Of a DNA stretch of 53,815 nt, positions 45,712 to 53,740 are shown piece after piece. The notes below the pieces were generated by a model that was given only the letters and a program-made list of their open reading frames with translations, made no database searches and had not been told where the DNA came from. Position numbers and translations under genes: made by a program. Origin of the DNA: an uncultured Gammaproteobacteria bacterium (lineage in GTDB: Bacteria; Patescibacteriota; Microgenomatia; PFEM01; CAYPPS01); contig CAYPPS010000001.1 in assembly GCA_964412685.1 (NCBI GenBank), forward strand, positions 11,835-65,649, in the 5' to 3' direction. Every line of letters starts with the position of its first letter. The stretch's first letter is position 1.

Positions 45712-46467
45712 ATGTTTGACTTAAAAAATAAAAAAGCTTTAGTTACCGGCGGTTCTCGAGGGATTGGTCGGGGAATTGCTTTGGCTTTGGCAAAAGCCGG
45801 CGCAGACGTGGCCGTTAACTATCACTCTAATGAGGTTGAGGCCTTAAAAATAGTTGAAGAAATAAAGGCTTTAGGCCGAGAAAGTTTCGCGGTCCAAGGC
45901 GATGTTTCTAAGAAAGATCAAGTGGTGAACATGTTTACCCAGATTAAAGAAAAGTGGCAAAATCTCGACATTTTGGTTAATAATGCCGGTATCTTAAAGT
46001 ATGGTCAAGTCGAGACGATCAGCGAGGAAGACTGGGATGCAGTTTTAAATACCAATCTCAAAGGCCAATTTTTGTGTGTTCAGCAAGCGGTTGCCTTAAT
46101 GCCGCAAGCGGGCCGGATTATTAACATTGCTTCGATCGCTTCCGGCGGTGTTGGCGTCGGCTATCTTAATATCCCGCACTACGTTGCCTCCAAGGGTGGA
46201 GTAGTGGGAATGACCGAAGCTTTGGCCAACGAATTGGGACCGAAGATTAACGTTAATGCCATTGCTCCCGGTTGGATTGAGACTGATATGACCAAAGAGG
46301 CGATGAATGATCTGAAAGCACAGGAAGCGACCTTGGCGAGAATCGCTAAAAAAAGAGTCGGCCAGCCGGCAGACATAGGCGCGGCGGCGGTTTATCTTGC
46401 TTCCGATGAGGCCGATTATGTTACCGGAACGGTTCTCTATGTTGACGGCGGCTGGTTGGCCAGTTAA
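45712..46467 (+). CDS. fabG: short-chain dehydrogenase/reductase, 3-oxoacyl-ACP reductase-like
   Basis: 251 aa with TGGSRGIGRGIA, NNAG and catalytic YVASKGG. Confidence 0.85.
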   Translation: MFDLKNKKALVTGGSRGIGRGIALALAKAGADVAVNYHSNEVEALKIVEEIKALGRESFAVQGDVSKKDQVVNMFTQIKEKWQNLDILVNNAGILKYGQVETISEEDWDAVLNTNLKGQFLCVQQAVALMPQAGRIINIASIASGGVGVGYLNIPHYVASKGGVVGMTEALANELGPKINVNAIAPGWIETDMTKEAMNDLKAQEATLARIAKKRVGQPADIGAAAVYLASDEADYVTGTVLYVDGGWLAS

Positions 46468-46472
46468 CCAAG

Positions 46473-47030
46473 ATGACTGATTACTACAGATTAGAAATCT
46501 GTGGTCTCAAAAGAAAATTACCCATAAAACCGATTGGTCGAAAAACAAAGTTGGCCAGTTTTAGCCTCTTGGGTGATGTTGAGTTGGTGGAGAAAATCGC
46601 CAAAGAACTAACTAAAAGGATAAAAGATTGGCAGTTTGATTATTTAGTGGGGCCGGAAGTGAAAGTGGTTCCTCTCATTCATGAGTTAGCGGCTAATTTA
46701 AAACAGCCTACTTACGTAATTTGTCGTAAGAGTATAAAACCGCACATGGTAAGACCGATTACCCTCAGGCCGTTACCTCATTTCCCTAAACACATTCAAC
46801 CCTTAGTGATTGATGGCAAAGATAGCCAGTTGATTAGAGGGAAAAAGGTGGTTATTGTCGATGATGTGGTTTCGACGGGGGTAACGATGCGAATGATGAA
46901 AAAAATGATGGATAAAGTTGGGGCGAAAGTCGTCGGTTTGGTAGCGGCAATTCGACAAGGAGAGAGACAGTTCGATGAATTAGAAGATCTTGTTTACCTG
47001 GTGCCCCTGCCGATTATTAAAGATAATTAA
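46473..47030 (+). CDS. phosphoribosyltransferase (type I PRTase)
   Basis: 185 aa with the PRPP-binding loop KVVIVDDVVSTGVTM. The substrate cannot be assigned from the sequence. Confidence 0.7.
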   Translation: MTDYYRLEICGLKRKLPIKPIGRKTKLASFSLLGDVELVEKIAKELTKRIKDWQFDYLVGPEVKVVPLIHELAANLKQPTYVICRKSIKPHMVRPITLRPLPHFPKHIQPLVIDGKDSQLIRGKKVVIVDDVVSTGVTMRMMKKMMDKVGAKVVGLVAAIRQGERQFDELEDLVYLVPLPIIKDN

Positions 47031-47046
47031 AGGGTAAAACTACTTC

Positions 47047-47074
47047 TTGACAACGGGTTTTTATCTCCTATAGT
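47047..47074 (+). promoter_or_regulatory. near-consensus sigma70 promoter in the long intergenic region
   Basis: TTGACA (47047-47052), a 16-nt spacer, then TATAGT (47069-47074). Confidence 0.55.
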
Positions 47075-47080
47075 GAAAGT

Positions 47081-47198
47081 AACAGTGTAGTGTCTCAATA
47101 AAGCCGGAGGCAAAATAAGAAGAATCAAGGCTTAGAAATAATGCTTAATTTGAATTTGTCATTATTAGTTGAACCCGAAGAGAAACCCGGGTTTTTTT
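47081..47198 (+). ncRNA. candidate ~118-nt small RNA or 5' leader (promoter to terminator-like hairpin)
   Basis: Bounded by the promoter above and the hairpin AACCCG-aagagaaac-CGGGTT followed by a T run. No family recognised and no convincing ORF. Confidence 0.3.
47172..47198 (+). terminator. terminator-like hairpin with T tract
   Basis: AACCCG, a 10-nt loop, CGGGTT, then TTTTT. A second AU-rich hairpin, GGCTTTT..AAAAGC+GTTTTT, follows at 47201-47226. Confidence 0.4.
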
Positions 47199-47270
47199 GT
47201 GGCTTTTGAAAACTAAAAGCGTTTTTAAAAAGCCTGTTCTTTAACAACTGAAGACTATTAAACAAGAAGG

Positions 47271-47327
47271 AACAGCAGGCAAAAAAAGGCATGAACTTGG
47301 GATTTGTGCCCTTCTCTGCCTGCTGTT
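47271..47327. repeat. perfect 11-bp inverted repeat (AACAGCAGGCA ... TGCCTGCTGTT) with 35-nt spacer
   Basis: Read directly from the sequence, about 107 nt upstream of the BMP gene start. Confidence 0.7.
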
Positions 47328-47433
47328 TAAGGCAAAAAAATTACAAGAAGGGAGTCTATGGATTTTTGCTGGGTGTTGTCGAATGGGTATTTTTTGGCTT
47401 GTGTAATCTGAGATATTGAAAGGAGAAAGTGAA

Positions 47434-48636
47434 ATGTCTTGGCGAAAGTTATGGTTGTTGCTGGTTGTGTTGGTGTTGGTGATTGTGGCTGGTGTTGGTG
47501 AGCCTGCAATCGTACAAGCGGACAGAACGTATGTGGTTACGTTTTTCATGGCGGATGATAAGTATGACGAGGGATGGAACGCGGCTCATGACGATGGTGT
47601 TCGCAAACTGATGGAGCTAGGTGATGTTATCAAGGAATGGGACATGGGGTTTGTCGTTGATCTGGCAGATAAGCGTTTCTACGACAAATTGGAGGTAAAT
47701 CTGGTCACCAACGTTGGTCAAGGAAGCGGCATTGAGGGTAAAATTCGATCTGCAATTGAGGTCCAGTCTCCCGATATGACTTTCGAGACTTGGTGGACGA
47801 GCAAAGATGCTGTCTCGGCGTTGGCACCGGAGTTTCCGGAAGTGATTTTCAATCACTGTTCGGGTTACCCAGTTATTACGAGTGAGCAGTTTTCAACTCG
47901 CAATGTGGCAACCTACTTCGTCCGTATGTACTATGCGGACTTTGTGGTTGGTAAAGTTGCAGGACGTAACGGTCACAATAAAGTGGGTGTTGTCGCCACG
48001 TTTCCAATTCCTGAACCAGTGAGAGGCTTCAACGCCTTTGCTCAAGGTCTCCAAGCCGGTCTCCGTGAGGCAGGAATGAACGACGATGTCGAGATCAATA
48101 TTATCTGGATTGAGGAGTGGCTACATAGAGAAAAGGAGCTTTTGGCCACACGAGCCCTGATTGATGCGGGTTACGAAATGATCAAACAGGGGGCCGATAC
48201 TCCAACAACTGCCCAGACGGCCTGCGAGGAGGGAGTTGATGTGCTTGGTTATGGTCGTGACACACTGCCCACTGCTTCGTGTACGATGGTGACCAATGAA
48301 TGGGATTGGGGCGACTATTATGTAAAGAGTGTTCTGGCTGGCATAAAAGGTAGGTGGCAACCGCATGATTATTACGAAGAAGGGACGAACATTGTGTTTC
48401 ATCCCGATACACCACAAGATGTTCTCGATATGGTAGCAGAAACTACTCTTGAAGAAGTTTGGGCCGGGCCCATCAATGGCTATGGGTACGATGAGAACGG
48501 AGAAAGGTACGAGATCTTTATTCCCGACGGCTCTGTGCTCACAGATGAAGACCTACTGAGTATGCAGTGGCTCCATTCTGGTATTCAAACAGGACAACAG
48601 CCAAGCGCCCCTAAGTTTAGGTTCGCAGTAGAATAG
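47434..48636 (+). CDS. BMP-family (PnrA-like) substrate-binding lipoprotein or anchored protein, orphan
   Basis: The ATG at 47434 has AGGAG 8 nt upstream. Signal/anchor WRKLWLLLVVLVLVIVAG. BMP-like core GVVATFPIPEPVRGFNAFAQG. No ABC permease or ATPase gene is adjacent. Confidence 0.75.
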   Translation: MSWRKLWLLLVVLVLVIVAGVGEPAIVQADRTYVVTFFMADDKYDEGWNAAHDDGVRKLMELGDVIKEWDMGFVVDLADKRFYDKLEVNLVTNVGQGSGIEGKIRSAIEVQSPDMTFETWWTSKDAVSALAPEFPEVIFNHCSGYPVITSEQFSTRNVATYFVRMYYADFVVGKVAGRNGHNKVGVVATFPIPEPVRGFNAFAQGLQAGLREAGMNDDVEINIIWIEEWLHREKELLATRALIDAGYEMIKQGADTPTTAQTACEEGVDVLGYGRDTLPTASCTMVTNEWDWGDYYVKSVLAGIKGRWQPHDYYEEGTNIVFHPDTPQDVLDMVAETTLEEVWAGPINGYGYDENGERYEIFIPDGSVLTDEDLLSMQWLHSGIQTGQQPSAPKFRFAVE

Positions 48637-48668
48637 CCATTTTCGACGAGTGAGTTTTCAGTTTACAA

Positions 48669-48716
48669 AGGGTGTGGCCACGAGCTACAAATGTGACCAC
48701 ACCCTGTTTCAATTTT
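48669..48716 (+). terminator. intrinsic terminator downstream of the BMP gene
   Basis: AGGGTGTGGcCAC, an 11-nt loop, GTGaCCACACCCT, then GTTTCAATTTT. Confidence 0.55.
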
Positions 48717-48755
48717 CCCCTTGTTTCGTTTTCACAAATCCTTTATGGTAATGTC

Positions 48756-49070
48756 ATGGTTGATTTGAGTAAAGACGATTTCCAGTTGGAAGTTTTGGAT
48801 GAAACAACACCGGTTTTGGTTGATTTTTGGGCGCCTTGGTGTGGGCCTTGCCAGGCAGTGACGCCCGTTTTAAACGAATTGACGAAGGAGTATGGCAATA
48901 AGGTAAAAATTGTCAAAGTTAATGTTGATGAAGGAGCCACTTTGGCCCAGAAATATAATGTTGTCAGTATTCCCACCTTAGTAGTTTTTAAAGACGGTAA
49001 AGAAATCGAACGCCAGATCGGCTTTAACGGCAAAGAGGCTTTGGTGAAAATAATTGACAAAGCGCTCTAG
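48756..49070 (+). CDS. trxA: thioredoxin
   Basis: 104 aa from the ATG at 48756, with the WCGPC active site. The track's GTG start at 48672 lies inside the terminator hairpin. Confidence 0.92.
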   Translation: MVDLSKDDFQLEVLDETTPVLVDFWAPWCGPCQAVTPVLNELTKEYGNKVKIVKVNVDEGATLAQKYNVVSIPTLVVFKDGKEIERQIGFNGKEALVKIIDKAL

Positions 49071-49076
49071 TTTTAC

Positions 49077-49997
49077 ATGTTGGATTTAATTATTATTGGC
49101 GCTGGCCCGGCGGGGTTGGCGGCCTCAATTTACGCTTCTCGGTTCAATTTAAATCATCTTGTTATTGGTCTTCAGTTTGGAGGAACGATTGTTCTGGCCC
49201 ATAAAGTGGACAATTATCCTGGTTTACCCGGTTTGACGGGTCAACAACTGGCAAAAAAGTTTCTTGATCATGCCGAAAAATTGGGAGGAAAAATTATTGC
49301 TCAGGAGGTGATGGAAATTGCGAAGCAGAACCACACTTTTTCAGTCATCACCACTAAGGGAGAGAAGTACGAAAGCAAAGCTTTGATTGTTGCCACGGGG
49401 ACGGAGCGGAAAAAACTGGATATTCCCGGTGAAAAGGAATTGATCGGCAAAGGGGTTTCTTATTGCTCGACTTGTGACGCTCCTTTTTATAAAGATAAAA
49501 CCGTGGTTGTCGTTGGTGGGGCAAATGCGGCCTGTTCCGGGGCGATTCATCTAGCCGAATTTGCCAGTAAAATTTATTTAGTTTATCGAAAAAGTGATTT
49601 GAGAGCGGAACCTTTTTGGGTTAAAGAGGTTAAGAAAAATCCCAGGATTGAAGTAATTTATAAACAAAACTTAACTAAGATTTTAGATGTAGACCAAGGA
49701 AAAGTAACTGCGGTTGAACTGGATCAGAAATATGAAGGAAAAAAATCCTTGGAATGTCAGGGAGTTTTTATCGAAATTGGTGGCGTTCCCCTGACTGGAT
49801 TGGTTCGGGAAATCGGGGTTGAGATAGAATCAGATGGCCACATTAAAACAAACCGGGAAATGGAAACTAATATTAAAGGGGTTTATTGTGTCGGAGACAT
49901 CAATTCGACCTTTAGGGAATTTAAACAAGTAGTCAGCGCCGTCGCTGAAGGTGCCATCGCCGCTCAAGGAGTTTACCAGAGCTTAAATAAGAAATAG
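49077..49997 (+). CDS. trxB: thioredoxin-disulfide reductase
   Basis: 306 aa. FAD motif GAGPAGLAASIY, redox CSTC, and a second dinucleotide fold VVVVGGANAA. Confidence 0.9.
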   Translation: MLDLIIIGAGPAGLAASIYASRFNLNHLVIGLQFGGTIVLAHKVDNYPGLPGLTGQQLAKKFLDHAEKLGGKIIAQEVMEIAKQNHTFSVITTKGEKYESKALIVATGTERKKLDIPGEKELIGKGVSYCSTCDAPFYKDKTVVVVGGANAACSGAIHLAEFASKIYLVYRKSDLRAEPFWVKEVKKNPRIEVIYKQNLTKILDVDQGKVTAVELDQKYEGKKSLECQGVFIEIGGVPLTGLVREIGVEIESDGHIKTNREMETNIKGVYCVGDINSTFREFKQVVSAVAEGAIAAQGVYQSLNKK

Positions 49998-50003
49998 TTT
50001 GGA

Positions 50004-50032
50004 TTGACGGAAATTGATATAAATGCTATCTT
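50004..50032 (+). promoter_or_regulatory. promoter placed 7 nt upstream of the ferredoxin ATG
   Basis: TTGACG, 17 nt, then TATCTT preceded by TGc. Then ttaaatc and the ATG at 50040, with no SD. Confidence 0.55.
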
Positions 50033-50039
50033 TTAAATC

Positions 50040-50222
50040 ATGAAAGTTGTTGTAGATAAAACTAAGTGTATCGGTTGTGGAACTTGTGTGGCGATTGCTC
50101 CACAAAGTTTTAAACTTGAGGGTGCAACAGTAGTTGCCCTTGAGCCTTTAGGAGACTCGGAAGAGCAGGTTAAAGAGGCAGTTGATAGTTGTCCAGTTGA
50201 TGCTTTAACGGTTGAAGAATAA
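50040..50222 (+). CDS. small single-cluster 4Fe-4S ferredoxin
   Basis: 60 aa with CIGCGTC ... CP cluster ligands. Confidence 0.8.
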   Translation: MKVVVDKTKCIGCGTCVAIAPQSFKLEGATVVALEPLGDSEEQVKEAVDSCPVDALTVEE

Positions 50223-50813
50223 ATGAATAAAGAAAAAACCAATGGTTTCGCTTCACCCATTTTAATCCTTCTTTTGGTAGTGGCTTCCTTTTTGATGGGA
50301 ATGATTTGGACCCAATCTCGCCAAAACGGAAACGACGACAATCAGCCAATCGGCCAGCAAGAAGAAGCGGTTCTTGAACAGGAGCAAGAAGAACAAGTTT
50401 TAGGGGAAAGCGTGGCCGTTCTTGGTAATTTCAAAGCTTTAGAAGAGACAGAGGTTTGCCTAGAAGACGACAAGCCACTTGTTTATTATTTTGGCCGTTC
50501 TTCTTGTCCACATTGTGCTTGGCAACATCCAGTTATCTCTTCGGCAGCAGAAAAATTTGAGGACTTGATTGTTTTCCATGACAACATGGATAAAGCTGGG
50601 GTGGATCAAGAAATTTACGAGAAATATAGTTTACTGAATCAAGGAGCGATTCCTTTTATTGTCATTGGTTGTCAGTATTGGCAATTGGGGAGCGGAGAGG
50701 CCTTTGGTGAGGAACAGGAAATCGAACATATTACTGCCTTGATTTGCAAAGTGACTAACAATGAACCGGAAGAAGTTTGTGCCCCCTTACAAGAAACCAT
50801 CGACTCTATTTAA
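50223..50813 (+). CDS. membrane-anchored thioredoxin-fold thiol-disulfide oxidoreductase
   Basis: 196 aa with an N-terminal TM helix and the redox motif SCPHC. Starts 1 nt after the ferredoxin stop. Confidence 0.65.
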   Translation: MNKEKTNGFASPILILLLVVASFLMGMIWTQSRQNGNDDNQPIGQQEEAVLEQEQEEQVLGESVAVLGNFKALEETEVCLEDDKPLVYYFGRSSCPHCAWQHPVISSAAEKFEDLIVFHDNMDKAGVDQEIYEKYSLLNQGAIPFIVIGCQYWQLGSGEAFGEEQEIEHITALICKVTNNEPEEVCAPLQETIDSI

Positions 50814-50844
50814 AACTACTTGTTTGCCGATTTGCCGTTCCTGA

Positions 50845-50853
50845 TGCTATAAT
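50845..50853 (+). promoter_or_regulatory. extended -10 element (TGcTATAAT) 6 nt upstream of the ATG at 50860
   Basis: The sequence reads gaTGcTATAATctcctcATG. A possible -35 TTGCCG lies 18 nt upstream. Confidence 0.5.
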
Positions 50854-50859
50854 CTCCTC

Positions 50860-51513
50860 ATGAACATTTTCCAACAAGTGATTGCTCAGGCGATTGAAAA
50901 TGGAGTTTCTGAGCAAACAGTCATTTTACTTTTGCTTTTACCTCTAGTTACTAGCTTGGTGGCAGCTGCCAGATATATTATCGGTTTCCGTGGTTTCGGT
51001 ATTTTCATTCCTTCGGCTCTTGCGGCGGCTCTTTATGTGGCCGGTGCTCAGGCAGGAGTAATTGTTTTTTTGGTGGTTTTGTTTTCGGCTACTTTTGCTC
51101 GTTGGTTGCTGAGAAAATTCAAACTAAACATTCATTATTTGGCCAGAATGGCCATTTTGCTTTGGCTTGTTTCTTCGGTAACTTTGGTTTTGATTCTTGC
51201 TTCTCCTTGGTTGGGGATTGGTCAATTAGTAGTTATCTCTATTTTCCCGATTTTAATTTTGGTTCTTTTGGCAGAAGAGTTTATTGGAGTTCAAACCGGC
51301 AAATCTTGGCGAGAAGCGGCCAGGTTGATGATGGAGACAATCATTATTGCTTTCTTGGGTTATTTAGTTTTTCAAAGTAGTTTTTTACAGTTTGCCGCTT
51401 TAAAATACCCTCATTGGTTTATTGTTGCCCCGGTGATTTTGAATTTGATTGTTGGTCGGTTCACCGGACTAAGAATTTTTGAATACTACCGATTTCGTAA
51501 AATATTAAAGTAA
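50860..51513 (+). CDS. 7-TM membrane protein (7TM_transglut-like module)
   Basis: 217 aa with ~7 hydrophobic segments. IGFRGFGIFIPSALAAAL resembles the 7TM domain usually fused to an inactive transglutaminase. Confidence 0.6.
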   Translation: MNIFQQVIAQAIENGVSEQTVILLLLLPLVTSLVAAARYIIGFRGFGIFIPSALAAALYVAGAQAGVIVFLVVLFSATFARWLLRKFKLNIHYLARMAILLWLVSSVTLVLILASPWLGIGQLVVISIFPILILVLLAEEFIGVQTGKSWREAARLMMETIIIAFLGYLVFQSSFLQFAALKYPHWFIVAPVILNLIVGRFTGLRIFEYYRFRKILK

Positions 51514-51528
51514 CTTTCCTTTGAGAAA

Positions 51529-52839
51529 ATGTTTCCTAAATCTAAACAGGTATTGGGGGTTAATGCCAGAAACCGAGTTTTCTTACGTTTCAACACCAAA
51601 AAAGGGAGGAAAGTAGCCGATTCTAAATTGCTAACTAAAAGAAAGTTAGCCAAGGTTAATTTACCCACGCCAAAACTAATTAAGGTTTTTAAAAATTCTC
51701 AGGAAGTTCAGAATTTCGATTGGCTGTCTCTTCCTGAGAATTTTGTCTTGAAACCAGTTTCCGGCTTTGGTGGTGAGGGAATTGTTGTTGTCAGAAAAAA
51801 AGCTAAATTTGCCGGTGAATGGCGATTGATGGACAATTCTATCATCACTTTGAGTGAATTAAGACAACAATCTTTGGATATCCTTGCTGGTCGTTATAGT
51901 CTCCACAATCTTCCGGATAAAGCAATGATTGAAGAGCGAATCAAAATTTCCAAAACCTTTCGTCATTATGCTCATCAGGGAACCCCAGACATAAGAATCA
52001 TAGTCTTTAATCGAGTTCCAGTTATGGCTATGTTGCGTTTGCCGACGATTGTTTCCAAAGGTAAGGCCAACTTACATCAAGGAGCTTTGGGTTTAGGCAT
52101 AGATTTAGCAACCGGGATTACAACTCACGCGATTACTACTTTTGGAGTTTTGGATGCTCGAAACTTAAGATATATTCCGGGGACAAAAAGAAAAGTTAAT
52201 GGGCTTAAGATTCCTTATTGGAATTCTTTTTTGACTTTGGCGGTTAAAGCTCAGGAAGCGGTTCCGGAGTTAGGTTTTTTGGGAGTCGATTTATTTTTAG
52301 ATAAAGAAAGAGGACCAATAATCGTGGAACTTAATGCTCGACCTGGTCTCTGGGCACAACAGGCAAACATGGTGCCCTTGAAGAAACGACTAGAAAGAGT
52401 TGAAGGTTTGGATGTTCGAGATGCTGATCATGGAGTGAGAATTGCTCGGGCTCTTTTTGCCGCTCGTTTTGCCGATCGAATAATGATTAAAGAAGGCCTT
52501 CAGATTCTTAGAGTTTGGGAAAAGATAAGAGTTCTTTCTTTTGACAGAAAGCAAAAGCAAGAAATAAAAGCGAAAATAGATACTGGCGCTTGGCGAACCT
52601 CGATTGATAAAGATTTTGCCGATCAAATGGGATTGTTGACGCCGGAAAATATTCTTTGGAAAAAAGTTTATCGAAGTGGTTTCGGAAAAGACGAAAGAGA
52701 AGCCATTGGGCTTACTTTTTATTTAGGGGGGAGAAAAATAAAAACGGTTGCCAATGTGGCGGAGAGAAGCGAACTAAGGGCGTCGATGATCATTGGTAGA
52801 AGAGATTTGGTTGGTTTTTTGATAAGACCGAGAGGTTGA
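51529..52839 (+). CDS. ATP-grasp amidoligase (alpha-L-glutamate ligase-related clade) fused to a C-terminal retropepsin-like peptidase domain
   Basis: 436 aa. ATP-grasp features: VLGVNARNRVFL, KPVSGFGGEGIVV and IVELNARPGL. The C-terminal ~115 aa carry AKIDTGAWRTS and IIGRRDLVGFLIRP. Confidence 0.75.
   Translation: MFPKSKQVLGVNARNRVFLRFNTKKGRKVADSKLLTKRKLAKVNLPTPKLIKVFKNSQEVQNFDWLSLPENFVLKPVSGFGGEGIVVVRKKAKFAGEWRLMDNSIITLSELRQQSLDILAGRYSLHNLPDKAMIEERIKISKTFRHYAHQGTPDIRIIVFNRVPVMAMLRLPTIVSKGKANLHQGALGLGIDLATGITTHAITTFGVLDARNLRYIPGTKRKVNGLKIPYWNSFLTLAVKAQEAVPELGFLGVDLFLDKERGPIIVELNARPGLWAQQANMVPLKKRLERVEGLDVRDADHGVRIARALFAARFADRIMIKEGLQILRVWEKIRVLSFDRKQKQEIKAKIDTGAWRTSIDKDFADQMGLLTPENILWKKVYRSGFGKDEREAIGLTFYLGGRKIKTVANVAERSELRASMIIGRRDLVGFLIRPRG
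52492..52839 (+). other. retropepsin-like (RimB/PF05618-type) aspartic peptidase domain
   Basis: D-T-G-A catalytic signature with D351 at 52579-52581, plus the C-terminal GRRDL motif typical of this family. Confidence 0.65.
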
Positions 52840-52840
52840 G

Positions 52841-53737
52841 ATGAAAAAAGTTTTATTAGTAGTCACCAAAAAAGGCCAAAAGAAGAAGCATTTAACTCGA
52901 CGGCTCAACGTCTTGTCGGCTGGCAAGATCGAGTTTAAATTAGTGAGACTTTCTGATTTTACGATTGAATTTAACGGTAAAAAAGTTGAGGTAAGGGTCG
53001 AAGGCGAATCCGTTTCTAATTTTGACTTGGTTTATTTTCGCCGAGTTGGAGATATGATGTCTATTGCTGGCTCTTTGGCAATTTGTTTTGACGCCTTAGG
53101 GTTGGAATATCTCGATGCATTTTTCAGCCACATGGGTCCAGCTCGGAACAAGCTTTCTGCTTTGCTCAAACTTTCTTTGTCTGGGCTACCAGTGCCGCCA
53201 ACCTTTTTTTGTTTTAAAGAGCACGTTTTGGAAAATGTTGATTACTTATCGACTCGGTTTGGTTTTCCCCTGATTGCCAAAGAGTTAGCTTCTCAAAGAG
53301 GTCGGGGAGTTTTTTTAGTTAAGAATAAAAGTGATTTTGATTTTTTGAACGAAGCGACGGAGGACGATCAGTTTCTTTTTCAAAAGTTCTATCCCAATGA
53401 TGAAGAGTTTCGGCTGTTGGTTTTAGGGGATAAAGTGGGAGTTTATGAGAGAAAAGTGCGAACGGATGAAAATGAATTTCGTAACAATGTTGCCCTGGGG
53501 GCGAAAGAGGAGTTTTTAGATTTGAACCAGATACCAGGGGCGTTAAAGCAAATTGCAGTCAAGGCGGCTGATGTTTTAGGTTATCAAATTTCCGGCGTGG
53601 ATGTGTTGGTTGACAAAACCACTGGAAAATATTGGTTATTGGAAGCCAATCGGGGTCCGGGACTAACTTACGATGAAAAGGTTTCTCCGGAGATGGTCAA
53701 ATTGGCTGAATATTTTGCCAAGAAGCTAGGAGAATGA
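52841..53737 (+). CDS. RimK-family ATP-grasp ligase
   Basis: 298 aa. FPLIAKELASQRGRGVFLV, EEFRLLVLGDKV, EFRNNVALGA and GVDVLVDKTTGKYWLLEANRGPG. Starts 2 nt after the previous stop. Confidence 0.8.
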   Translation: MKKVLLVVTKKGQKKKHLTRRLNVLSAGKIEFKLVRLSDFTIEFNGKKVEVRVEGESVSNFDLVYFRRVGDMMSIAGSLAICFDALGLEYLDAFFSHMGPARNKLSALLKLSLSGLPVPPTFFCFKEHVLENVDYLSTRFGFPLIAKELASQRGRGVFLVKNKSDFDFLNEATEDDQFLFQKFYPNDEEFRLLVLGDKVGVYERKVRTDENEFRNNVALGAKEEFLDLNQIPGALKQIAVKAADVLGYQISGVDVLVDKTTGKYWLLEANRGPGLTYDEKVSPEMVKLAEYFAKKLGE

Positions 53738-53740
53738 AAA

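Noticed and set aside
47081-47415. Whether a purine, 2'-dG, ZTP or PRPP riboswitch lies upstream of the BMP gene
   Set aside because: I could not align the conserved cores of these classes, as I remember them, to this sequence. It is kept only as an unclassified structured leader or sRNA candidate.
47241-47549. 102-aa and 60-aa minus-strand ORFs spanning the BMP leader and start
   Set aside because: Their translations are low-complexity (T/P/S/N runs). They overlap the SD, the ATG and the signal peptide of the BMP gene as well as the inverted repeat. The region is better explained as non-coding regulatory sequence.
48672-48755. GTG start at 48672 for thioredoxin, as given in the ORF track
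   Set aside because: The extension begins inside the BMP terminator hairpin and adds 28 non-conserved residues. The ATG at 48756 gives a canonical 104-aa thioredoxin.
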